Origin: Lepidodermella squamata
Lineage: Eukaryota > Animalia > Gastrotricha
Assembly (NCBI GenBank): GCA_047495785.1
Contig: JBLDXI010000012.1
Coordinates: 744,001-808,000, forward strand
DNA: 64,000 bases
Direction of reading: 5' to 3'
Positions within the stretch are counted from its first letter, which is position 1, and every line of letters begins with the position of its first letter. The notes below the pieces were generated by a model. The model saw nothing but the letters and a program-made list of their open reading frames with translations. It did no database searches and was not told the DNA's origin. A program made the position numbers and the translations under genes. Shown one piece after another: positions 40,723 through 50,658 of this stretch.

Positions 40723-41110
40723 AGGAAAATCGAATAAAAGCAAAGATTAAGGTAGGGATAGCAAGGTCAAATAAGTTGCTATGATTATTGGCTATGATGA
40801 ATCTTATGAAGCGATTTTCTACCGAGAAGATTTACTTTTTCCTCCGAAATCATTAAATATATCACTAAATACCCTCTCTGGACGCATTACATTCGCTGAA
40901 GTCGCCATATTCGATTTGATTGCCAACTCGAAAGGCCAACATATTACTATCGATCATGTTTATCTCGGCTACAAAAGAGCCGTTGCTCGTCTCTTCCCAT
41001 CAACCCACGATGGCACGAATTTTCAACATTTTGCCGAATATAATTTAGCTACCTGTGCTTCCATCGTTGGGCATGATTTATGGAAGAGCATCCTAAATGA
41101 TACTACCACG

Positions 41111-41127
41111 ACACATCTCGTGAGAGT
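41111..41127 (+). other. PacBio barcoded adapter remnant (bc1003 + T overhang)
   Basis: ACACATCTCGTGAGAGT sits exactly at a chimeric junction and is absent from the mirror arm. Identified from memory of the PacBio barcode set. Confidence 0.85.
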
Positions 41128-41493
41128 CCTTAATCTTTGCTTTTATTCGATTTTCCTTGAGTAAAAAAATGTTTCTTATATTTTTAGATTACAGTTAAGT
41201 TGGATTGATAGGAGAAAGTAAAGTTTATTTACAAAACAAGTTAATGGACATATCAGGAAAGAAAGGAGTATTTATAAATGCTAATGGCCAAAGTAAAAAA
41301 TATTTATTATATTTTAGATTAAAGTTAAGGGGATTGATAGGAGAAAGTAATGTTTATTTACAAAAAAGGTTAATGGAAAGTAAGGTGTATTTATATAAGC
41401 TAATGGACAAAGCAGGAAAAAAGATGAGCTTGAGTTCTTAGATTACTGTATCTAATCAAGTATCTTTTTGGAAACTAAGAAAATTGATGGAAG
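41128..41493 (-). repeat. Inverted copy of 40381-40752
   Basis: Reverse complement of the promoter-repeat region with small indels. Rejoins the arm at a GGAAG microhomology. Confidence 0.9.
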
Positions 41494-41756
41494 GTGCGAA
41501 TAGTAAATGGCCGGGCATCATGCAACGCTCCATCGCACTACAACCTGTCGCTACCGTCTTACCTTTCAACAACAGCTCTTCGACCTAATTTGGTCAGTTT
41601 ATTTTATTTATATAATGCCTTTGTTATTTATTCATTCCTAATCAGAAGGTTCTGGGGCTCAGCAACTCCAACCAATCACCGCGGCCGGCTTCCGTCATTC
41701 GATCATTTTTCATTTCAAACGCAAGAACTTTGAATATTATTCTTCTTACTGAATTT

Positions 41757-42185
41757 ATGGAAGCTTTCTTCAATTCATCTCCGGCTTCTCCATTGTTTTT
41801 TTCTAACAATGATTTCGTACCAATAAACCTGAATGAACCGAATACGAGTACGTTTACCAAGGAACCTGTTGAACAAACATCAGCCTCTAGATTAGCAAAA
41901 ACTGCGGTTCGTAATCAACCGAAACGCAATGCTAAACATAAAATTCAGAAAAAAGTCATAGGTACTGAGAAGAAATCAGTTGCTAAATCGGCGAAAACGC
42001 CATGCAAGGCGAAAAATAAACCAGCTGTTCCAATTACCAATCATGAGTCACGAAAGCAAGATTCTGTCGCCTCTTTTTTGGTCATGATTTGCCCTCAACC
42101 TATCGCAAAGTTCAAACAGAAACAGCTGAAATCAAGTATGTTACAAGCCTTCAATCAGCCGCATCACAGTCGACCACGATCATAA
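41757..42185 (+). CDS. Lys-rich basic Polinton protein (left copy)
   Basis: 142-aa ATG ORF with KRNAKHKIQKK...AKSAKTPCKAKNKP. Confidence 0.5.
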   Translation: MEAFFNSSPASPLFFSNNDFVPINLNEPNTSTFTKEPVEQTSASRLAKTAVRNQPKRNAKHKIQKKVIGTEKKSVAKSAKTPCKAKNKPAVPITNHESRKQDSVASFLVMICPQPIAKFKQKQLKSSMLQAFNQPHHSRPRS

Positions 42186-42268
42186 ATTTGACTATATCCT
42201 ATCCTGTTGATTTAAAGCTACAATCTAGCACTGAACCTTTTTTTCTATTGAAATCCCCACCATTAAAT

Positions 42269-42867
42269 ATGGAAGTAAATAATATACAATATGATATTGA
42301 TTACTCTATTTCAAATATTATGGCTAAATCAAGGTCAAATTTTCTATTTAATTTAGATAGTCTAGCCCTAATTTTACCTTGTGCAAAATATACCCAAAAA
42401 AAATGTCGAGTGCTTTGTTCTATAAAGTACCTGCTTTTAACGCGACGTTTTTATTATTTTCATCCGGAGCTATAATTTGTAGTGGTACCAAAACAGCCTC
42501 GAATTGTGTTACTGCTTTTGGAGTTCTTCAAGCTACACTCAGAAAAATTGTTAATCGACGGTTGATAATCCGTGACCCAATAATTACTAATATAGTATTG
42601 TTCTACGATTTACATAAAACTGTCAATCTTAGCCTGCTAGCTTTTCAATTTCCTAAAATATGCGTTTACCAACCAGAATTTTTTCCTGGGTTGCGTATAC
42701 GTGTTTTCTCCAAAGTCAGCACTAATGAAAATGAACCAAAGTTAAATGTATCTGCCACACTGTTTCACACTGGAAAAATGATTATGAGCGGCTGTTTTTC
42801 GTTATCTCTTATAAAAATAGCATTTGTTAAATTGGCGCCTTTTTTTCTGTATATCAAACAACAATAA
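42269..42867 (+). pseudogene. TBP-like gene, left-arm copy with a 1-bp deletion at ~42392 (possibly a consensus error)
   Basis: tatacccaaa here versus tataacccaaa in the mirror arm, which splits the ORF in two. Confidence 0.75.
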
Positions 42868-43031
42868 AATGATTTAATGAATGAGGGAAGATTAATCGCG
42901 TGCCGTCTTTTTTTAAGCTAAAATCATTATTTCTACTTTCATCATTATCTATCAATTTTCAAAATTCGCAGCAGAAATAAAAATATGGCTATCGGTAAAT
43001 TTCCCCGTTTTTAAAGTCTTCGTAATTTATT

Positions 43032-43301
43032 ATGCATCAAACAACAGATATTCCGCGTGCTGTTTTACCGATCCTATTGCTGCTATCCCTGGTTACCATT
43101 TTAATCAGCTTTTTCGCTGTTATGGAAGTTCGCAATACTCAAGCCGAACTCCTTCACCTGCGGCAACTTGTCGAGTCTACTGAGCGGATGTTATATAATA
43201 TAAATGATTTATTATTCCACTTAAACGGTGATTTATTTAGCCACATGGCTAATTGTTCGGTTGTCCCTACTTGCCGTAAATTAGCTATAAAGAAGAATTA
43301 G
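43032..43301 (+). CDS. Small membrane-anchored coiled-coil protein (left copy)
   Basis: Hydrophobic AVLPILLLLSLVTILISFFAVM followed by a heptad-like helix. Ends 3 bp before the integrase ATG. Confidence 0.55.
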   Translation: MHQTTDIPRAVLPILLLLSLVTILISFFAVMEVRNTQAELLHLRQLVESTERMLYNINDLLFHLNGDLFSHMANCSVVPTCRKLAIKKN

Positions 43302-43304
43302 GTC

Positions 43305-44516
43305 ATGCCACGTAATAAACACAATGCGAGACGTCTAGCTGAAGGAGATGCTAAAATAAACCACAGGTCAGACTTGAAATCGTTTGTTTTGAGCTTCTAT
43401 AATGATCCGAAACATGTTGGATCATTTCAAGGCCTGCGCAGATTATACTCAACACTTAAAGCTACATTACCCTTAGAGCTGAGAAATTCCCTTACTCATA
43501 AAAAACTAGCTGAGATTATGAGCCATGATCGAACATATTCATTATATAAACCACTAAGTGTAAGAAACCGGAAGCAATTCATGCAATATGAAGTTTATGC
43601 TAGAAGTGACCTCTTTCTAGGTGATCTTCTTGAAGTTCAAGATTCAAGCCAAGATAATGATGGAACCCGCTATTTACTTACAATCAAAGACTGTTTTACG
43701 CGTTATGCTTTCTGTATTCCCTTACTTAACAAAGAAGGAAATTACACTGCTGAGAAGATCAGTAATTTTTTGAGCAGCCTAACACCTGATTTGCGTTGCC
43801 GCTCTTTCACTACAGATTCTGGCGGAGAATTTATCAACAAAGAAGCTAAAAAAATATTTAAAAAATTCAATGTTTATTATTACACTACAACCTCCATGTT
43901 CAAGTGTTCACCCATAGAAATTTTCAACCGTTGGCTTCGTAGAACTATTTCGAGGCATCAAATTGCAAATCATACGCTGCGTTACATCGATTACTTACCT
44001 TTTTTCTTAGCGTCTTACAATCAAATGAAAAATCGCAGCACTAGGGTTGCCCCGTTAGAATTATGGCTAGCTTCCCCAGAAGATCCTATAAATTTGGTTG
44101 CTTACAATAATGTTTTTGGAAAAAGAGATCAATTGATGCTTGAAAAGCGCAAGAATTTACTATACAAACCGACTTTTTCTGTCGGTGATTGTGTTAGAAT
44201 TAGTCGTGTAAAGGATTTATTTCACAAAGAAGGAGATTTCATTTTTACTGAAGAATATTTTTTTATCGACCGCATAGATACTTGTACCATCCCCGACAAG
44301 TATTATCTCCGTGATACTCTGAATAAGCGTATTCAAGGTAGTTTTTACGATTGGCAGCTTCAGATAGCACATCCGCAAGAAACATATTTAATAGAAAAAG
44401 TTCTGAAGCATCGCACTATAAATGGCAAGAAACAGGCTCTTGTGAAATGGCAAAACTGGCCGATTGAAGCCGCTAGTTGGATTGATGCAAACGAGATCAA
44501 AACCTTGGCCTCATGA
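43305..44516 (+). CDS. Polinton retroviral-type (rve) integrase with C-terminal chromodomain (left copy)
   Basis: DDE triad in FLGDLL, FTTDSGGEF and SPIEIFNR. Also YLLTIKDCFTRYA, FSVGDCVRIS and chromodomain YLIEKVLKHR...LVKWQNWP...SWI. Confidence 0.95.
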   Translation: MPRNKHNARRLAEGDAKINHRSDLKSFVLSFYNDPKHVGSFQGLRRLYSTLKATLPLELRNSLTHKKLAEIMSHDRTYSLYKPLSVRNRKQFMQYEVYARSDLFLGDLLEVQDSSQDNDGTRYLLTIKDCFTRYAFCIPLLNKEGNYTAEKISNFLSSLTPDLRCRSFTTDSGGEFINKEAKKIFKKFNVYYYTTTSMFKCSPIEIFNRWLRRTISRHQIANHTLRYIDYLPFFLASYNQMKNRSTRVAPLELWLASPEDPINLVAYNNVFGKRDQLMLEKRKNLLYKPTFSVGDCVRISRVKDLFHKEGDFIFTEEYFFIDRIDTCTIPDKYYLRDTLNKRIQGSFYDWQLQIAHPQETYLIEKVLKHRTINGKKQALVKWQNWPIEAASWIDANEIKTLAS

Positions 44517-44716
44517 ATAGAGTTCCTACGACTCCACTCTTAGCTTTCCTACAAAAGCCATCTGTGCGTGTAGGGGCCTACATTTTTTTCCTTCTAATAA
44601 CCGTTTGGCTTATAGAAATTTCAAACTATTTATTCAAAACTAAGCTCCCCCCTTTTGGCAACAGCGCAATCCTTACTTTAGAAAAGATAGATAAGGATAA
44701 CATAACAAATGCTTAG
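44513..44716 (+). CDS. Small single-TM protein (left copy)
   Basis: VGAYIFFLLITVWLIEI. Overlaps the integrase stop (ATGA) and the penton start. Confidence 0.5.
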   Translation: MNRVPTTPLLAFLQKPSVRVGAYIFFLLITVWLIEISNYLFKTKLPPFGNSAILTLEKIDKDNITNA

Positions 44717-45929
44717 CATCCAGGAGGACTTCTTTATTTATTTACCCTCGAATGCCTCATATTCTCAACATCCGGCGAATACTCCGTCGGATTATCAAGT
44801 TGCTCTCCCTGTCCCAATTTGCGTACCCGATTGCCGTGCTTATGAAGTAGCCCTACTTGAGGCTACAATTCCTGTTAGGTGGAGTAGCATTGATCGTCAT
44901 ACAGTCTATGTGCTTGATTGTAACTGGCTGAAATCTTTTAAAAACGACATTATTGCTAATTATTTAACAAATCCTGGCTCTTTGCCACATCGGATGAAAA
45001 GTTTCAACAATCCATGGGAAACTGGCTTTATTAACAAAGTAAATTTCGGAGGTGAATATTTTGCGAATATAACCAAACTAATCGATCACTTTAATGAAAA
45101 AATATCCATCTCAAGTAGTAATGGCTCTATTTTTGCTCATTATGATTCAGTCAACAAAAAAACTAAAATTACCTGTAAATGGCCATATTCTATGTTTATA
45201 CCTTCAGATTCTGCTGGCCTCTTAGGTTTTGTGTCTCCAATAGAACAGAATACACCGTCTGGAGTTTTCATTTTTCCCAAGGCCCCAAAAAATGACGAGC
45301 CAGAATTTAATGAAGTTTCCACTTTTGATATAAAGTCAACGTATGCCTTGGCATATGCGTGGAATATGAGCCACCAAATTCGTGAAAATCCACACATTTT
45401 ATTCAACTCAGTTGGGATTGTTAGGCTTTCTAGCAGACCAAAACTTAAGGAGGATGCAAATAATGAGACAGCGGCGGTAGAAAATCAAGAAGGCGTAAAT
45501 TCAGCACAGCACTTTGATTTTTCTGAGCAAACAGTAATCACCAAAGATAATGATTTACCGCCTGCCTTTATTTATGCATGCTATGAAGAAAGTGCTACAG
45601 CTCAATACAACATTCAGTTGAATTATGGCAATAACTCACTGTTCATTTACTGCTCAGTTGCAGCGGATGTTTTTGTTGGAGATTGCCAAGCTAGCCTCCT
45701 TCGAATGATAACCTATTCTACGATGGCTTCTGCTACGGCAAATTCAGACTTGTCATCACATTTTACAGTGATTTATAACTCGGGCCTATATTTACCTTTA
45801 AAAGCCAATTTTATAGATTCAATTCAAGTTCAAATCCGCCGCGATAACGGGGCATTGATCGATTTTGTGGATGGTAGCAAAGTTGTATTGCTACTTCATA
45901 TTCGCCGAAAAACCGGAGCCTTATATTAA
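44709..45929 (+). CDS. Polinton minor capsid protein/penton (left copy)
   Basis: N-terminal FFIYLPSNAS..HPANTPSDYQVALP...YEVAL and C-terminal LFIYCSV...VGD...LLR...YLPL...IDSIQVQIRRDNG.LIDF...VLLLHIR, typical of Polinton single jelly-roll mCP. Confidence 0.85.
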   Translation: MLSIQEDFFIYLPSNASYSQHPANTPSDYQVALPVPICVPDCRAYEVALLEATIPVRWSSIDRHTVYVLDCNWLKSFKNDIIANYLTNPGSLPHRMKSFNNPWETGFINKVNFGGEYFANITKLIDHFNEKISISSSNGSIFAHYDSVNKKTKITCKWPYSMFIPSDSAGLLGFVSPIEQNTPSGVFIFPKAPKNDEPEFNEVSTFDIKSTYALAYAWNMSHQIRENPHILFNSVGIVRLSSRPKLKEDANNETAAVENQEGVNSAQHFDFSEQTVITKDNDLPPAFIYACYEESATAQYNIQLNYGNNSLFIYCSVAADVFVGDCQASLLRMITYSTMASATANSDLSSHFTVIYNSGLYLPLKANFIDSIQVQIRRDNGALIDFVDGSKVVLLLHIRRKTGALY

Positions 45930-45967
45930 TATAAGTGGCTGAGTTCTAATTATTAATATTACCGAAG

Positions 45968-46510
45968 ATGCCCCTAGCTTATTCTAACCAAAACGTTGAC
46001 AAGTACCAGCAGTTTTTTCTCCGCCAACACTCCTCCCCGCTGATAGCAGGCTATGGAGCTGGAGCGGGTGCTAACCTGGACCATTTCCGTGGGGCAACAA
46101 TTCAATTTCCATATCATTATAGGGGTCAGGGAATAGGAAATATATTAGGTGCCTTTTTCAGAAATTTCTTCCCAGTAATTGCTCCGTCTATTTTTCAACA
46201 AGCATTATCTACTGGCCAAAAAATATTAGGTGATATGCAACAACCTGAGGGCGCTAGACCTAGTTTTACCGAATCCCTTAAGCGTCATGGCACTTCAGGC
46301 GCCTTAAACATGGCTAAGGATATTGCTGAAACGGCTTTGAAGCAACATCAAGGCGGTGGAGGTGGCCGTAAAAGGCGCCGTCGTCGTGGCCCTAGTAAAA
46401 CTAGTAGTGTGACTGCAAAACGTAGGCGCCGTGCTTCTACTACAAAAAGAAAGGCTTATAAAAGGAAAAGACGCGCAACAACTAAATCAGTGCTATTTGA
46501 AGCGTCTTGA
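45968..46510 (+). CDS. Polinton pre-core/membrane-lytic-like protein with Arg/Lys-rich tail (left copy)
   Basis: RGQGIGNILGAFFRNFFP amphipathic motif, Gly-rich putative adenain cleavage sites and an RKRRRRR...KRRRR tail. Lies just upstream of the MCP. Confidence 0.7.
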   Translation: MPLAYSNQNVDKYQQFFLRQHSSPLIAGYGAGAGANLDHFRGATIQFPYHYRGQGIGNILGAFFRNFFPVIAPSIFQQALSTGQKILGDMQQPEGARPSFTESLKRHGTSGALNMAKDIAETALKQHQGGGGGRKRRRRRGPSKTSSVTAKRRRRASTTKRKAYKRKRRATTKSVLFEAS

Positions 46511-46543
46511 GCCCATTGCTGCGTTTGATTCTTCAAATTTGTA

Positions 46544-46993
46544 ATGGAAGGCTTTGGAGATAATTTTGTTCACCCAGCCTCAGCCTCTTCAATAGTATTA
46601 TCTTCAGATTTAGATTTATTTACTGTACCGCCTTCACAGCTTGCTGAAGAAAACCAAATAAGTATAGATGTTTACCCAATTGCCCCTCTTAATAGTTCAC
46701 CGAACCTGATTGAGTTTCAAATCGGCCCGTACAATGATTATTTGTGTCTGTCACGCATGCAACTGATGCTCAAGTGGAAAGTAGTTAGAACCCCTTCTGA
46801 AGCTCGGAAGAAAAATGCTGGCGAAGCTGACGATGCATACAACGAGTATAAGGCTAGTCTTTCGGCTACAAATTTACAAAAAGCCCCGCTTTGTTTAGCC
46901 CACCACACAATGTTCAAAACATGCGAGATTTCACTAAATGGGCAACTTTTAAGTGAACAAAATTATCTCCAAAGCCTTCCATTACAAATTTGA
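46544..46993 (+). pseudogene. Major capsid protein (double jelly-roll) N-terminus, truncated at the fold-back (~46953-46966)
   Basis: SDLDLFTVPPSQ...YPIAPL...IEFQI...YLCLS...HTMFKTCEISLNGQLLS, typical Polinton MCP N-terminal motifs. It then reads into the reverse complement of its own start. Confidence 0.85.
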
Positions 46994-47015
46994 AGAATCA
47001 AACGCAGCAATGGGC

Positions 47016-47558
47016 TCAAGACGCTTCAAATAGCACTGATTTAGTTGTTGCGCGTCTTTTCCTTTTATAAGCCTTTCTTTTTGTAGTAGAAGCACGGCGC
47101 CTACGTTTTGCAGTCACACTACTAGTTTTACTAGGGCCACGACGACGGCGCCTTTTACGGCCACCTCCACCGCCTTGATGTTGCTTCAAAGCCGTTTCAG
47201 CAATATCCTTAGCCATGTTTAAGGCGCCTGAAGTGCCATGACGCTTAAGGGATTCGGTAAAACTAGGTCTAGCGCCCTCAGGTTGTTGCATATCACCTAA
47301 TATTTTTTGGCCAGTAGATAATGCTTGTTGAAAAATAGACGGAGCAATTACTGGGAAGAAATTTCTGAAAAAGGCACCTAATATATTTCCTATTCCCTGA
47401 CCCCTATAATGATATGGAAATTGAATTGTTGCCCCACGGAAATGGTCCAGGTTAGCACCCGCTCCAGCTCCATAGCCTGCTATCAGCGGGGAGGAGTGTT
47501 GGCGGAGAAAAAACTGCTGGTACTTGTCAACGTTTTGGTTAGAATAAGCTAGGGGCAT
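47016..47558 (-). CDS. Pre-core/basic protein (right copy)
   Basis: Identical translation to 45968-46510. Confidence 0.7.
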   Translation of the reverse strand: MPLAYSNQNVDKYQQFFLRQHSSPLIAGYGAGAGANLDHFRGATIQFPYHYRGQGIGNILGAFFRNFFPVIAPSIFQQALSTGQKILGDMQQPEGARPSFTESLKRHGTSGALNMAKDIAETALKQHQGGGGGRKRRRRRGPSKTSSVTAKRRRRASTTKRKAYKRKRRATTKSVLFEAS

Positions 47559-47596
47559 CTTCGGTAATATTAATAATTAGAACTCAGCCACTTATA

Positions 47597-48817
47597 TTAA
47601 TATAAGGCTCCGGTTTTTCGGCGAATATGAAGTAGCAATACAACTTTGCTACCATCCACAAAATCGATCAATGCCCCGTTATCGCGGCGGATTTGAACTT
47701 GAATTGAATCTATAAAATTGGCTTTTAAAGGTAAATATAGGCCCGAGTTATAAATCACTGTAAAATGTGATGACAAGTCTGAATTTGCCGTAGCAGAAGC
47801 CATCGTAGAATAGGTTATCATTCGAAGGAGGCTAGCTTGGCAATCTCCAACAAAAACATCCGCTGCAACTGAGCAGTAAATGAACAGTGAGTTATTGCCA
47901 TAATTCAACTGAATGTTGTATTGAGCTGTAGCACTTTCTTCATAGCATGCATAAATAAAGGCAGGCGGTAAATCATTATCTTTGGTGATTACTGTTTGCT
48001 CAGAAAAATCAAAGTGCTGTGCTGAATTTACGCCTTCTTGATTTTCTACCGCCGCTGTCTCATTATTTGCATCCTCCTTAAGTTTTGGTCTGCTAGAAAG
48101 CCTAACAATCCCAACTGAGTTGAATAAAATGTGTGGATTTTCACGAATTTGGTGGCTCATATTCCACGCATATGCCAAGGCATACGTTGACTTTATATCA
48201 AAAGTGGAAACTTCATTAAATTCTGGCTCGTCATTTTTTGGGGCCTTGGGAAAAATGAAAACTCCAGACGGTGTATTCTGTTCTATTGGAGACACAAAAC
48301 CTAAGAGGCCAGCAGAATCTGAAGGTATAAACATAGAATATGGCCATTTACAGGTAATTTTAGTTTTTTTGTTGACTGAATCATAATGAGCAAAAATAGA
48401 GCCATTACTACTTGAGATGGATATTTTTTCATTAAAGTGATCGATTAGTTTGGTTATATTCGCAAAATATTCACCTCCGAAATTTACTTTGTTAATAAAG
48501 CCAGTTTCCCATGGATTGTTGAAACTTTTCATCCGATGTGGCAAAGAGCCAGGATTTGTTAAATAATTAGCAATAATGTCGTTTTTAAAAGATTTCAGCC
48601 AGTTACAATCAAGCACATAGACTGTATGACGATCAATGCTACTCCACCTAACAGGAATTGTAGCCTCAAGTAGGGCTACTTCATAAGCACGGCAATCGGG
48701 TACGCAAATTGGGACAGGGAGAGCAACTTGATAATCCGACGGAGTATTCGCCGGATGTTGAGAATATGAGGCATTCGAGGGTAAATAAATAAAGAAGTCC
48801 TCCTGGATGCTAAGCAT
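47597..48817 (-). CDS. Minor capsid/penton (right copy)
   Basis: Identical translation to 44709-45929. Confidence 0.85.
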   Translation of the reverse strand: MLSIQEDFFIYLPSNASYSQHPANTPSDYQVALPVPICVPDCRAYEVALLEATIPVRWSSIDRHTVYVLDCNWLKSFKNDIIANYLTNPGSLPHRMKSFNNPWETGFINKVNFGGEYFANITKLIDHFNEKISISSSNGSIFAHYDSVNKKTKITCKWPYSMFIPSDSAGLLGFVSPIEQNTPSGVFIFPKAPKNDEPEFNEVSTFDIKSTYALAYAWNMSHQIRENPHILFNSVGIVRLSSRPKLKEDANNETAAVENQEGVNSAQHFDFSEQTVITKDNDLPPAFIYACYEESATAQYNIQLNYGNNSLFIYCSVAADVFVGDCQASLLRMITYSTMASATANSDLSSHFTVIYNSGLYLPLKANFIDSIQVQIRRDNGALIDFVDGSKVVLLLHIRRKTGALY

Positions 48818-49013
48818 TTGTTATGTTATCCTTATCTATCTTTTCTAAAGTAAGGATTGCGCTGTTGCCAAAAGGGGGGAGCTTAGTTTTGAATAAATAG
48901 TTTGAAATTTCTATAAGCCAAACGGTTATTAGAAGGAAAAAAATGTAGGCCCCTACACGCACAGATGGCTTTTGTAGGAAAGCTAAGAGTGGAGTCGTAG
49001 GAACTCTATTCAT
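48810..49013 (-). CDS. Small single-TM protein (right copy)
   Basis: Identical translation to 44513-44716. Confidence 0.5.
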   Translation of the reverse strand: MNRVPTTPLLAFLQKPSVRVGAYIFFLLITVWLIEISNYLFKTKLPPFGNSAILTLEKIDKDNITNA

Positions 49014-50221
49014 GAGGCCAAGGTTTTGATCTCGTTTGCATCAATCCAACTAGCGGCTTCAATCGGCCAGTTTTGCCATTTCACAAGAGCCTGTTTCTTG
49101 CCATTTATAGTGCGATGCTTCAGAACTTTTTCTATTAAATATGTTTCTTGCGGATGTGCTATCTGAAGCTGCCAATCGTAAAAACTACCTTGAATACGCT
49201 TATTCAGAGTATCACGGAGATAATACTTGTCGGGGATGGTACAAGTATCTATGCGGTCGATAAAAAAATATTCTTCAGTAAAAATGAAATCTCCTTCTTT
49301 GTGAAATAAATCCTTTACACGACTAATTCTAACACAATCACCGACAGAAAAAGTCGGTTTGTATAGTAAATTCTTGCGCTTTTCAAGCATCAATTGATCT
49401 CTTTTTCCAAAAACATTATTGTAAGCAACCAAATTTATAGGATCTTCTGGGGAAGCTAGCCATAATTCTAACGGGGCAACCCTAGTGCTGCGATTTTTCA
49501 TTTGATTGTAAGACGCTAAGAAAAAAGGTAAGTAATCGATGTAACGCAGCGTATGATTTGCAATTTGATGCCTCGAAATAGTTCTACGAAGCCAACGGTT
49601 GAAAATTTCTATGGGTGAACACTTGAACATGGAGGTTGTAGTGTAATAATAAACATTGAATTTTTTAAATATTTTTTTAGCTTCTTTGTTGATAAATTCT
49701 CCGCCAGAATCTGTAGTGAAAGAGCGGCAACGCAAATCAGGTGTTAGGCTGCTCAAAAAATTACTGATCTTCTCAGCAGTGTAATTTCCTTCTTTGTTAA
49801 GTAAGGGAATACAGAAAGCATAACGCGTAAAACAGTCTTTGATTGTAAGTAAATAGCGGGTTCCATCATTATCTTGGCTTGAATCTTGAACTTCAAGAAG
49901 ATCACCTAGAAAGAGGTCACTTCTAGCATAAACTTCATATTGCATGAATTGCTTCCGGTTTCTTACACTTAGTGGTTTATATAATGAATATGTTCGATCA
50001 TGGCTCATAATCTCAGCTAGTTTTTTATGAGTAAGGGAATTTCTCAGCTCTAAGGGTAATGTAGCTTTAAGTGTTGAGTATAATCTGCGCAGGCCTTGAA
50101 ATGATCCAACATGTTTCGGATCATTATAGAAGCTCAAAACAAACGATTTCAAGTCTGACCTGTGGTTTATTTTAGCATCTCCTTCAGCTAGACGTCTCGC
50201 ATTGTGTTTATTACGTGGCAT
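49010..50221 (-). CDS. Integrase-chromodomain (right copy)
   Basis: Identical translation to 43305-44516. Confidence 0.95.
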   Translation of the reverse strand: MPRNKHNARRLAEGDAKINHRSDLKSFVLSFYNDPKHVGSFQGLRRLYSTLKATLPLELRNSLTHKKLAEIMSHDRTYSLYKPLSVRNRKQFMQYEVYARSDLFLGDLLEVQDSSQDNDGTRYLLTIKDCFTRYAFCIPLLNKEGNYTAEKISNFLSSLTPDLRCRSFTTDSGGEFINKEAKKIFKKFNVYYYTTTSMFKCSPIEIFNRWLRRTISRHQIANHTLRYIDYLPFFLASYNQMKNRSTRVAPLELWLASPEDPINLVAYNNVFGKRDQLMLEKRKNLLYKPTFSVGDCVRISRVKDLFHKEGDFIFTEEYFFIDRIDTCTIPDKYYLRDTLNKRIQGSFYDWQLQIAHPQETYLIEKVLKHRTINGKKQALVKWQNWPIEAASWIDANEIKTLAS

Positions 50222-50224
50222 GAC

Positions 50225-50494
50225 CTAATTCTTCTTTATAGCTAATTTACGGCAAGTAGGGACAACCGAACAATTAGCCATGTGGCTAAATAAATCACCG
50301 TTTAAGTGGAATAATAAATCATTTATATTATATAACATCCGCTCAGTAGACTCGACAAGTTGCCGCAGGTGAAGGAGTTCGGCTTGAGTATTGCGAACTT
50401 CCATAACAGCGAAAAAGCTGATTAAAATGGTAACCAGGGATAGCAGCAATAGGATCGGTAAAACAGCACGCGGAATATCTGTTGTTTGATGCAT
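50225..50494 (-). CDS. Small membrane-anchored protein (right copy)
   Basis: Identical translation to 43032-43301. Confidence 0.55.
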   Translation of the reverse strand: MHQTTDIPRAVLPILLLLSLVTILISFFAVMEVRNTQAELLHLRQLVESTERMLYNINDLLFHLNGDLFSHMANCSVVPTCRKLAIKKN

Positions 50495-50658
50495 AATAAA
50501 TTACGAAGACTTTAAAAACGGGGAAATTTACCGATAGCCATATTTTTATTTCTGCTGCGAATTTTGAAAATTGATAGATAATGATGAAAGTAGAAATAAT
50601 GATTTTAGCTTAAAAAAAGACGGCACGCGATTAATCTTCCCTCATTCATTAAATCATT

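Larger units (their letters stand above)
40781..41588 (+). pseudogene. Left-arm copy of the 268-aa ORF, middle replaced by adapter plus inverted segment (probably artefactual disruption)
   Basis: Matches the right-arm ORF up to 41110 and again from 41489. Confidence 0.7.

Noticed and set aside
40415-41441. 79-aa and 78-aa ORFs (also 52872-53111)
   Set aside because: Non-ATG frames through the AT-rich duplicated unit and its artefactual inverted copy.
42379-42475. Programmed frameshift or true pseudogenisation of the left TBP
   Set aside because: A single-base loss relative to the mirror copy, in an arm that carries adapter sequence; likely a consensus error.
39746-46573. Genuine 6.8-kb terminal inverted repeats of an intact novel element
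   Set aside because: The symmetry truncates the MCP, removes pPolB/ATPase/protease and lacks a TSD. A fold-back explains it better.
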